A DNA stretch of 64,000 bases from Octopus sinensis. Taxonomy: Eukaryota. The notes beneath the pieces are model-generated. The model made no database searches, was not told where the DNA came from, and worked only from the letters and a program-made list of their open reading frames with translations. Position 1 is the stretch's first letter, and the number at the start of each line of letters is the position of its first letter. Of the stretch, positions 53,864 to 64,000 are shown piece after piece. Where the stretch lies: contig NC_043010.1 of the NCBI RefSeq assembly GCF_006345805.1, positions 47,616,001 through 47,680,000 of the forward strand, written 5' to 3'. Both the position numbers and the translations under genes were made by a program.

Positions 53864-54127
53864 ATATGTTTGTGTGTCCGTGTTTGTTCCTTCAGCATTG
53901 CTTGACAACCAATGCTGGTGTGTTTACATCCCTGTAACATAGCAGGTTGGCAAAAGAGACCAATAGAATAAGTACTAGGCTTACAAAGAATAAGTCCTGG
54001 GGTCGATTTGTTTGACTAAGGGCAGTGCTCCAGCATGGCCGCAGTTAAATGACTGAAATAAGTTAAAAAGTAAAGAGAGTATATATGCACACACACACAC
54101 ACACATATACATACACACATCTCTCTC

Positions 54128-54272
54128 TATCCGCTCAGTCGAAGTCGACTCTCAGTCACTAGTTGGATCAGTGTCCTCCAGTCAGTTCTATCCTGGGCCT
54201 CTTCTTTCAGATTGGCTATGTCCATTCCGGTATCACTCTTGATGGTGTCAAGCCAGCGGGTTCTTGGTCGGA
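54128..54272 (-). mobile_element. RTE-like LINE 3' end fragment
   Basis: RPRTRWLDTIKSD...AQDRTDWRTLI...VTESRLRL. Confidence 0.7.
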
Positions 54273-54557
54273 CATACACACATACATACATACACCAATA
54301 TTTGTGATGTGCATGCATGTGTGTGCATACACACCCTTGCCCTGACATCATATGACAGTTGTAAATAAGCATCACTGTTGTCTGAGAGAGGATGTTCATT
54401 TCCTATCTTCTATAGAAAAACATGTCAGGCCATAAGGAAAACAGTACTTTGCTTGGGAACAGGTGAGGGTTGGCAACAGGAAGAGCATCTGGTCATAGAA
54501 AATTTACGTCAACAAATTCCATCCGACCCATGCAAACATGGAAAATTAGATGTTAAA

Positions 54558-54588
<31 letters not shown>

Positions 54589-54768
54589 CGATGACAATGA
54601 TGATAATGATGATGAAAAATAAAAGACAAAGTTGATGTTGGTGGAGTTTGAACTCAGGGTACAGTGAGCCAGAATGAATACTGCAAAATATTCTACCCGA
54701 TGCACTTAATAACCCTACAAACTCACAAACTTCAATATTGTTATAGAAAAGATTTTATGTATACATAC

Positions 54769-54849
54769 AGTCTGAACTCCAACAAGTAATTTTTCCAGTC
54801 GGTCAGTTTGTTGAGCATTGTAAACATTATAATTCTCTTCTTCCAAATA
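54769..54849 (-). CDS. CFAP43: CFAP43 exon
   Basis: YLEEENYNVYNAQQTDRLEKLLVGVQT; ACAG and GTATGT; phase 0/0. Confidence 0.82.
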
Positions 54850-55909
54850 CTGTTCAGAGGAGAGAGAAAAATAGAAAAGAAAAAAAAATAGGTGAGTTTG
54901 TAATCTGAAATTTGTAAATAATGTATAGAAAAAATAATTACAATAGTGAATATGCAAACACGCAAATTCACAAACATTGTCAGTGTATAAAGAGAAATAT
55001 ATATATATATATATATATATATACTGTTGTGTCTGGGGAGAGTCATTTTCTTTTTGTGCTTTTTAATTTAACACACACACCGGTAAAATTTCCACTTATT
55101 TCTTATTTTTATTTTCCTAAATTTTCCGTTGCGTCTTGCAACCTTTTCAATAGTCTTGACCCTTTACCGGTGAGTGTGTTAAATTATAAGACACAAAATG
55201 AAAATGACTCTCCCCAGATACAACAGAATATGCTTCAACACACGAACTCACATAAAGAATCTTGGAAACCAAATCCAAAATCGAAATATATATATATATA
55301 TAAATTAGAAAAAAAAACACCTTTTATTAATTCAAAACGAACAATTAAATTACACCATTTAGAAAATTACATATAATAGAAATATCAAAATTAAAATAAC
55401 AATTATATTATTTTAACAATTGTAGTTTTATTATATATGTTTTTATTATTTAAAATTTTTTTTTGTAATTTACTTAATCATTGATATTTTATTGTCATTT
55501 TAATATTTCTATTATATGTAATTTTCTAGATGGTGTAATTTAATTGTTCATTTTGAATTGATAAAAGGTGGGGTTTTTTCCAATTTATATATATATATAT
55601 ATATATTATATTGTGTGAAACTTGATTTAGTATTTCTAAATTGAATTATTTTTCCCTGTAAGTTTGGATTTATATTCCCTCAAATAATAATTATTATAAC
55701 ATATATATATATATATATACGTTATATAATTAGGGTTCAGTAAAATAATTTACTTTACCACACACTGAACTTTTAGAAATAGCAGCCAAAAAATCTTAGC
55801 TATTTCTTCTACTATAAGAAAAATCTCCCAGACAATGTATACTCAAAAATAATTCACGTAGGTATGGAGGGAAAAATAACAAAAGATCACATGAACATTA
55901 AGATTACTC

Positions 55910-55966
55910 GAGAACGTACGTTTCTAGATTAGTTGAATTTAAAACTCAACATTTCCTTCGTCAGCT
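55910..55966 (-). ncRNA. Type I hammerhead ribozyme motif
   Basis: Minus strand gag-CUGACGA-agg...guugaguuuuaaauucaac...cua-GAAA-cguacg-UU-cuc; palindromic stem III. Confidence 0.65.
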
Positions 55967-56183
55967 CAAAGATTTCTTAGATTTGGATTTGAGAGCACTA
56001 AAAATCGAACATACCCGTCTGATATGAGTAAACCCAGACAAACCATCTTCGACTGCCAGTACCAACAAATTCAAACAGTACGAATGAAGCTTTGCATTCA
56101 TCCCGCTTCCACCCACGTGAGTTATAGAGTAAACAAATTCCTACAGAGAACTGTAGTTGAAAAACAGGGAGAGAGAATTATAT

Positions 56184-56221
<38 letters not shown>

Positions 56222-56225
56222 GATG

Positions 56226-56292
56226 TCACACATCCTGTGACCTCTTCTGTGACTCTCCATCCCATATATCTCCTTCTCTTCTCTCTCTCTCC

Positions 56293-56368
<76 letters not shown>

Positions 56369-56434
56369 CGAGAGAGAGAAGAGAAGAAGATATATGGGAT
56401 GGAGAGTCACAGAAGAGGTCACAGGATGTGTGAC
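56226..56434. repeat. Near-perfect ~210-bp palindrome
   Basis: TGTCACACATCCTGTGACCTCTTCTGTGACTCTCCATCCCATATATCT-(CT)n-(TA)n-(AG)n-reverse complement. Confidence 0.9.
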
Positions 56435-57388
56435 AAAAGATTTCCAGACAAAAGACATAAATTAGTAACAATAATAAATCTGATGTGAAGCGCAAATATA
56501 CAGTACGTACATTTATTTGACAAAACAAAAAAGAAAATGGCCACTCTGAAATATAACACAAACACACACACACACACACACACGCGCACATACATATATA
56601 TATATATAATACTTTGCAGTTTTATTATCTTTTAAACAGTTTTAATGTAGTGTTAATCGTAACAAAGTTTTATAATAATAGTTAATTACAAGTATACTTT
56701 TATTAGTTCCTATTTAATAAATTTAATGTTACATTATAGCTTGTAAGAGCATGTTGTGTTTTTATTATTAACTTTTAAATTATGAAATAATGTATTTCAT
56801 TCATAATTATTATATCTTTCATTAAATTAAATTCAATCATGTTTTGTTTGGGAGAGAATTAAAATAAAGCTTTCACTTTCTTTTATTATAGTAGTAATTA
56901 TGGAAGACTGGTGGGATTATTATTATGTGTATGGACTTAAAGATTGGCCACTATTTAGCGTATAATTTAGTTATTGTAGGTTTACTATTAATACCGATAC
57001 AGATGTACATAGATTTATGTGTTTCTTGTTGTAGTTTAATTTTAAAGTTAGTAATAATAATAATAATAATAATAATGAATATAATATTGTATAATAGTTG
57101 CACCACAACTTGTCAAAAGTGCGTATAAAGTATATGTAATAATGTATATGCTTGTTTAATCCTGCTTACATTTAGATTGAATATTGTTGTACATAGGATA
57201 AATGTGTTTTTGGTATGTTTGTCCCCAAACATAACTTCTTTTAGTGCTGTTGACACCACTGCATTGAATGGTACTGCCCAGGTGTCGAAACCATAATGAT
57301 ATCCGTGGAGCAGCTGATGATGGAGGTATGTTGGATTGTTGGTATGGCTGTTTTTGTATATGTGGAATAATATTATAACACATCCTTT

Positions 57389-57427
<39 letters not shown>

Positions 57428-57879
57428 CGCACACAAGAGGGATACCCAAAAGAAACCTGAATTTTGCAATATTATTTTATTCACTTAGTTTTACATATTT
57501 ACACCTTTATCGCCTTCAAAGTATTCTCCATTTGAAGCAATGCATCAGTCCAGATGCATTTTTCACTATTCAAAGCAGAGCTTTAACCAAGCAAAACTAC
57601 CTGTGGAGTCCAAACACTGGTCTTCAGTCCAAGAAATTCCCACCCATGATCAAGGAGCTAGAAGCCTTTGAAACTGGACATCATACTACTGCTGAAATTT
57701 CCTAAGTCTTCTAATTTTTTTCAAAGTAAACTTCAGGTAGACATCCATAGGCTTAATATTTCTAATAGAACTTCACTTTTTTCAGACATGACAAAAAATT
57801 AAATAGAACAGATAATGATAAACATGCATCACCACTAAACATATGCATAGCCACACAACAATAGCATTACACTAATATA

Positions 57880-58080
57880 CAGGAAGGGAGCTACTCAAGC
57901 CCTTAATAGCATTAACCATGAAGCCAAAGAAATAGCTTTTAGACAAGGCATTGAGGACAGGGTGGAGGCTTTAGCAGAAAAGGAGGTCTTTATGATGATT
58001 AAAAGCCACAGACTAAACTTTACCTCCAGCCTCAAGTGTTGTCTAATCAACCCTCCAGAATTGGAGATTGGCTTGTGAGC
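57880..58080 (+). mobile_element. Decayed Penelope-like ORF fragment
   Basis: LNSINHEAKEI...EKEVFMMIKSHRLNF...CLINPPELEIG resembles the PLE motif KDHKxNF...CRLINPxKSEIG. Confidence 0.5.
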
Positions 58081-58256
58081 ACATTCACCATATAAATGAG
58101 ACCATCTATAACCTTATCAGTCCATGTACACATAGTTTTTGGTAATTGATGGTAACTGCTACTGGTCTGAATTTGAATATATCAAAGAACAGAAAAAATA
58201 ACAAGAGAAAATAAAGTGGGTTATAGCGGTTTCATATCTTTCTTGCCACAACTTAC

Positions 58257-58347
58257 CTTTTGTACTTCACGGGTCACTTTCATGAATTTTACTATATTCA
58301 TCTTTTGTTTTAGATCTTCCATCATCATCATCATTTTTCTGTGTTCC
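58257..58347 (-). CDS. CFAP43: CFAP43 exon
   Basis: (W)EHRKMMMMMEDLKQKMNIVKFMKVTREVQK fits CFAP43 WEHKKMxMxMEDL...KVTRE; TTTCAG and GTAAGT. Confidence 0.9.
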
Positions 58348-59510
58348 CTGAAAGAAAAATGATTAACAACTCCAAGTATTAAACACTAGAACCATCAAGT
58401 TTCAGTAAACTCCTGTCTCATGAAGTTTGCAACAAGGATTCAGTTCCTAGTTGAACAATTTTTTTCTTTTTGTACTCATTATACAAGTAATTTCCAGCCA
58501 TAAATAAGATGCAAAATCAGTAAAACTTTTATTAGAAACTCAATAAGTGTTCATAAATGGTTACAGTACATTTCCATACTCATTCTTTAAATAAATCTAG
58601 CTTTTTGGCAAATTTTATTATCATAGTTATTGGCAGAATTGTTAGCACATCAAACAAAATGCTTTGTGATATTTCTTTCAGCTGTTTACATTCTGAATTC
58701 AAATAAGATAATGAGGTGGTAAAAAAATATGCAAAATCTGACTCTCTAGTCAAAATTTTAGAGTTCCATCCCTTTACATTTTCATTTCAAGTCAGATTTG
58801 GATCGACTTTCATTTCATTCTTCAACACAAGAACTTGTGTTATGTTGAAAGAAACCATTATTGTAGCAATCTAAGCTTGTCAAGAGATAAAAATTGTAAA
58901 GTGTCTCATTGTAATTAGTTTAATTTCACTTTGGGTGCAGAGGCTTTTTGTTTTTCTGGATTCAATGAAATAAATATAGTAGTCTTTATGTACTTAGGTC
59001 TTCCTAACACAGTATAGCCAAATGGCTAAGAAGTTTGCTTCATATTCATGAGAGCCCAGGTTTGCTCTCACTGTATAGTATCTTGGGCAAATGTCATTTA
59101 CCATAAGTTCAAGTGAACCCAAATCTAGGGAATGAAATTGGACAGAAGGAAAACTGTAAAAGCCCTTCAGATAGATTGAAATTGTCAATTAAGTGTCAAA
59201 TTGATATCGCCTTTAAATTACTTATTACAGAAGGACATGTTCAGTCACTTACACCCTAATTCAATGAGCAGGGGACCCAGTTAATCAAACAGCTGGGCAC
59301 TTATTATCAGAACTAATAGAGATCCAGCATCCTGCTTTACAATTTTTTTAGCAATTTGCCAAAGTTAGAATCCTTGTTACATGACACATCTAACTCGAAC
59401 ACACCATGAAAGTGTCCAAAACATTTACCATTCCAGTCATCACTCTTATACTACCAACATGTATTCTGAAATCCTTCTTTTAATATAAAGTCTATTATAG
59501 TATCACTTAC

Positions 59511-59584
59511 CATTCTTTATGAAATATTTGCTTTTTGAAGTTTTTGCTTTCAACCATACTAGAAATTTTCTGTTCTCCAAGTTC
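59511..59584 (-). CDS. CFAP43: CFAP43 exon
   Basis: ELGEQKISSMVESKNFKKQIFHKE(W) fits CFAP43 LGEQKIxSMxESKDF; TTTCAG and GTAAGT; phase 0/2. Confidence 0.9.
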
Positions 59585-59942
59585 CTGAAATTGCCAAAAT
59601 ATAAAAGACTAATTAGTAAGGTTAATTCTTTGTTTCTGAATTGTCCTATTCTCTGAATTATTTGTCCCAGTTGTCAGTAGATTTATTGTTGAATGAAAAC
59701 TGAACATGGATGCACTGTATCCATAGTCAAGACATGCAACTCTCAATGGCTTGTTCCACCCAACTGTGTCTTTTTAAAGACCATAGTTTCAAGTTCCCTC
59801 ATGTAAAGGTCATGATATGAAACTATTCCAATGAAACACATCAATGGTCAAATATATACAATTATTGTAAGTTCAAGATGTTGTCGTTTGAGTGAAGGCA
59901 CTGTTCAATCCCCAAATTAACTCTTCTTTCAAGGAAGAGAAC

Positions 59943-59982
<40 letters not shown>

Positions 59983-60877
59983 AAGAAAGAAAGTAATTAA
60001 GTATTTATGTTGAATCAAAATTTAATTTAATATATGTAACAAATCTTTAATATATTTCATTCTGAGAAAGAAATCCTGTTTAAAATACTTTTTGATGTTT
60101 TTACTTATTGAATTAAAAAGTAATTTTTTGTTACTTATTAATGATTATTACAATAATTGCTTATTATAATAATGATACTATAATTATTATAATAATTACT
60201 TATTAAACCTTACATATAGTGAAACAACATCTGAAATTTTTTTCAGGGTTCTCTTGTGAACTTTGCACCAACATCTGTTCAAAATAGAATGTCCATTCCC
60301 AATATAGTTTAACCCTTACAATTATAATCATAAGACTAATGGTTAATGAATTAGTAAAATCCAACTGACTTTTTTCTTCAGAAATGAACTGTTCTTGAAA
60401 CCTTAAATACTTCCTCTCTCCATGGCAAACTAAGATAACTCCTTTTCCCCCCAAAAGAAAAAAATTTATGAGATCCATACATATACACATTACATATATT
60501 ACTACAGTATAAACACCAGAAAGTGGAGGCACGTGGCTTAGTGGTTAGGGTGTCAACATCATGATCATAAGATTGTGGTTTCGATTTCTGGACCAGACAA
60601 TGCGTTGTGTTCTTGAGCAAAACACTTCATTTCACATTGCTCCAGTCCACTCAGCTGGCAAAAATGAGTAACGCTGCGATGGACTGGCGTCCAATCCAGC
60701 TGGGGAACACATACACCATTGAAACCGGGAAACTAGGCCCATGAGCCCGGCTAGGTTTTAAAAGGGCACATTTATTTTATTTATTATTATAAACACCAGA
60801 AAACACATAGTTACACAAATCATTCATGTTTACATTATCACACAATCATGCAAACTTTGTGCAATTAAAATAAATAC

Positions 60878-61037
60878 CTTAATTTTGGTGTTAAGTTCTT
60901 CAATAATGCTGCGGTGTATTAGGACAGCCCCTTGGGAATTATGAATCAGAGCATCATGTTCTAACTCCACTTGTCCCTGCTTTATCAAAAGCTGTATATC
61001 AATGTCAATGTGGAATTGTTGTTTGTCTCTCTTCAGT
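60878..61037 (-). CDS. CFAP43: CFAP43 exon (gene continues 5' beyond this exon)
   Basis: LKRDKQQFHIDIDIQLLIKQGQVELEHDALIHNSQGAVLIHRSIIEELNTKIK contains the conserved QLLxKQGQVE and LIHRSxIExLN motifs; TGTAG and GTATTT. Confidence 0.9.
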
Positions 61038-61138
61038 CTACAATGAAACCAAAGTGAACTTCAATTAGGCAATGTTTAGTTCTCAAACAGATGTAAAATC
61101 TGAAAAATGGCTGAGGGTCTTTTAAAAAGAACGCTTAA

Positions 61139-61476
61139 CCCTTTGCATGTCCTGTGTGTCATATGTGATATGCAGAATATATTTCCCTGGCTTTCATACA
61201 TCATATATATGACGATGCATGAAAACACATGTGAGATGTCACTAACTGAGAAACACAACATATTTCTATTAAAAAATGAAATGTGATGTGGGGACCTGTT
61301 TCTTCACTATTTTGACTTTGACCCCATTTTTCTCAATTGTTTATTTATCAATATCCTATGGGTTTTCACATGCACCATCAAATATGATACATATTCCCAT
61401 TTTGTCCTTTATAACTAGAATGATTTCAGACTTATGAAAGGCAAATTTTATATTACTTAAACTTATGAAACAAGGG
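61139..61476. mobile_element. piggyBac-type MITE
   Basis: TTAA-CCCTT...AAGGG-TTAA. Confidence 0.55.
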
Positions 61477-62908
61477 TTAAGCATCTGAAAACAAGTATAT
61501 ATATTTAGGACAAATTATAAAAAGGCTTTCGACAGTGTCATGGCTTCAAAAGATATTTCTTGAGTGAGTTGGAGCTTGTTTAGCCTTACCTAAGTAAATT
61601 AGCTTGCCATATCCAACAAAAATATTCTACCTGTTTATATTCAAACCACCCAGATCTAGCCTTTCATACCCACCCTACAATTTCATTCTGAAAATTAAAA
61701 GTTACCTCATCAAATTCACAAAGCCACGAGGTAATTCATGATTATTTCAAAACAATGCGAACAAACAAGCATTACATTATTTACATTATTTACATTCGAC
61801 AGATATTTGTCCTCATTTTGTTTGTTGTTAACACGTTTCGGCTGATATACCCTCCAGCCTTCTTCTGGTGTCTTGGGGAAATTTCGAACCTGGATTCTCA
61901 TTCCTAAGGTATTTTTTCCTTTTTTTACGATATTGTTGTTGTTGTTGTTTCACTACCTGGCTGGCTCCTGTCAATCATCTTACTCATGCACGCATGGAAG
62001 ATGGACATTAAACAATGACAACGGTGATGATGATGATATGTATGTATATATACATACATATTTCCTCAAAAATTTTGAAAATTTCCCCCAAAATTTTTGA
62101 CAAATTTTTTGAAAATTTCCCTAAAAATTTTATGAAATATATACATACGTATTTATATATATATTATATATTTGTACTATATATGTAATATATATATGTA
62201 TTATATATGTCTCAGTGTCTATGTTTCTCCCCAACTACTGCTTCTCAACTGGTGTTGGTGTGTTTATATCCCTGTAACAGTTTGGCAAAAGAGACTGATA
62301 GAATAAGTACCAGGCTTAACAAAATAATGATAAGTACTGGAGTTGACTTGTTCGACTAAAATTCTTTGAGGTGGTGCCCCAGTATGGTCACAGTCTAATG
62401 ACTGAAATAAGTAAAAGATAAACAATTACATATATGTAATAATGAAATTACATATTATGAAATTTATTACATCTTGTCATGTTTGTGATCTCTCAGTTCA
62501 TAGAAGTGTTATCCTGCATGAAATCAGCTCATAGTTTTGGGACTGCTGTTGTAGTGGATCGGTAACTAATTAAAGCCAGAGTACGTTCTGACCGTGATGA
62601 CAAACATTAGTCTTTATTAGCAATTCTAAATAGATATATGTATTTGTATGCTGAGTTACCATGAAAGATAATTAGCAATTACGGCTTGCTTCCTAGCTAT
62701 ATGGTTTCGGGTTCAGTCCCACTGCGTGGCACTTTGGGTAGGTGTCTTTCACTATAGCCCCGAGCTGACCGGAGCTTTGTGATTCAATTCGGTAGGTGGA
62801 AGTTACTGCCGTGTGTGCATGTGTGCGTGTAGGTGCTTGTGCCTCTCCGAAAGAGAGAGAGGGAGTCTAGAACTTGCAGTAACTTTAGTTGTTTTAGTCA
62901 TTTGCTAT

Positions 62909-63299
62909 CTCTCTATATATAAAGCTGAAGTTGTCTGTGTGTGGCAGGTTTGGTAGCCTTCAACTAACACTATCTCCTCCGAGACCCTGTGGCACAAGTT
63001 GACCAAAATTGAGAGTATGATAGAAGAAGGCTTGCTCTTCCTTCCATAGAAGAAAAAATTCAAATCGGACCATGTTAACACCAAAAATTATTTACATCAA
63101 AAAGGTGTTTTTTTTCTATGAAAATCCCTATTTTTTACGATTTGCTGACTGCTGTGTCGCTATTTTTCGGTGTATTTCAACCAGAAAAATGTTCACTTAA
63201 AGAGAATAACAAGCTACATAATGCAAAATTTTTACTTTTCAAAAATTCCAATTCTAAAGGGCCGAAACAAACCTGAGCAACGCCAGGCGATACTGCTAG
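62909..63299 (+). mobile_element. Non-autonomous Helitron (second family)
   Basis: TCTCTCTATATATAAAGCTGAAG...CCTGAGCAACGCCAGGCGATACTGCTAG-T. Confidence 0.75.
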
Positions 63300-64000
63300 T
63301 TTATGTAAAGAGAGAGTGTGGTGTTGCATAAGTAACTCCTTGATGTGTGTAGTTACAGTATCTTGATGCTGTTTAATGAGGTTTGATTTACAGCTTAGTG
63401 GACTGAGCCAGTTAGAGTAAAGTCTCTTGGCCATGGACACAATACAGCCCCTGTACAATGGGATATAAATCATCAAACATGGTAGCCAGCAACCTGTTTT
63501 CCTACAGACAAGGCTCAACAGTAATCTTATTGATAACAGTTATTGATACTGGTATGGTTGTGTGGTAAGTAGTTTACTTTGCAAGCATGTGGCTTCAGGC
63601 TCAGTCCCACTATGTGGCACTTTTGACAACTACCTCCTACTATAAACCCAGGCTGACCAAGGCCTTCTGAATGAATTTGGTAGACAGAAACTGTGTGGAA
63701 ACCCATCTTGTGTGTGGCGGGGGCGGGGGAGTGCTTGTGTGTGTTTTGTGTCTGTGTTTGTCCCTCACCACTGCTTGACAACCACTGTTGGTGTATTTAC
63801 ATCCCTGTAACTTAGCAGTTCGGCTAAGATACCAATAGAATAGGCACCAGGCTTAAAAAATAAATATTGGAGTTAATTCATTCAAGTTAAAATTCTTCAG
63901 GGTTATGACTGTCTAATGGCTGAAAGAAGTAAAAGATTAATTCAAAACAATGTGAATAAATAAGCATTATATATGAGAGAGTAATCTGAATGTTGAAGGG

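Overview
This is AT-rich, microsatellite-dense animal genomic DNA, not prokaryotic. The repeat landscape (tRNA-derived SINEs with internal microsatellites, Penelope remnants) strongly suggests an octopod cephalopod; this is inference. Two spliced genes converge tail-to-tail. (1) On the + strand is the 3' part of a laminin alpha-like gene: 15 GT-AG, phase-consistent exons from 1 to 44794, about 1194 aa in the window. It is atypical: a 1716-nt exon inserts about 500 aa of K/E/R/D-rich sequence into the coiled-coil region, and the protein stops after three LG domains instead of five. (2) On the - strand are the last six exons of CFAP43/WDR96 (61037 to 47176). The introns hold SINEs, LINE fragments (RTE, R4/Dong-like, CR1-like), Penelope-like remnants, non-autonomous Helitrons and MITEs. 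At least seven loci carry type I hammerhead ribozyme motifs. Three of these sit in short tandem units (341, 356 and 482 nt), including a near-perfect 356-nt retrozyme-like dimer at 49261-50018. Nearly all ORFs in the supplied track are microsatellite or repeat artefacts. All calls come from reading the sequence; no searches were run, and repeat boundaries are approximate.
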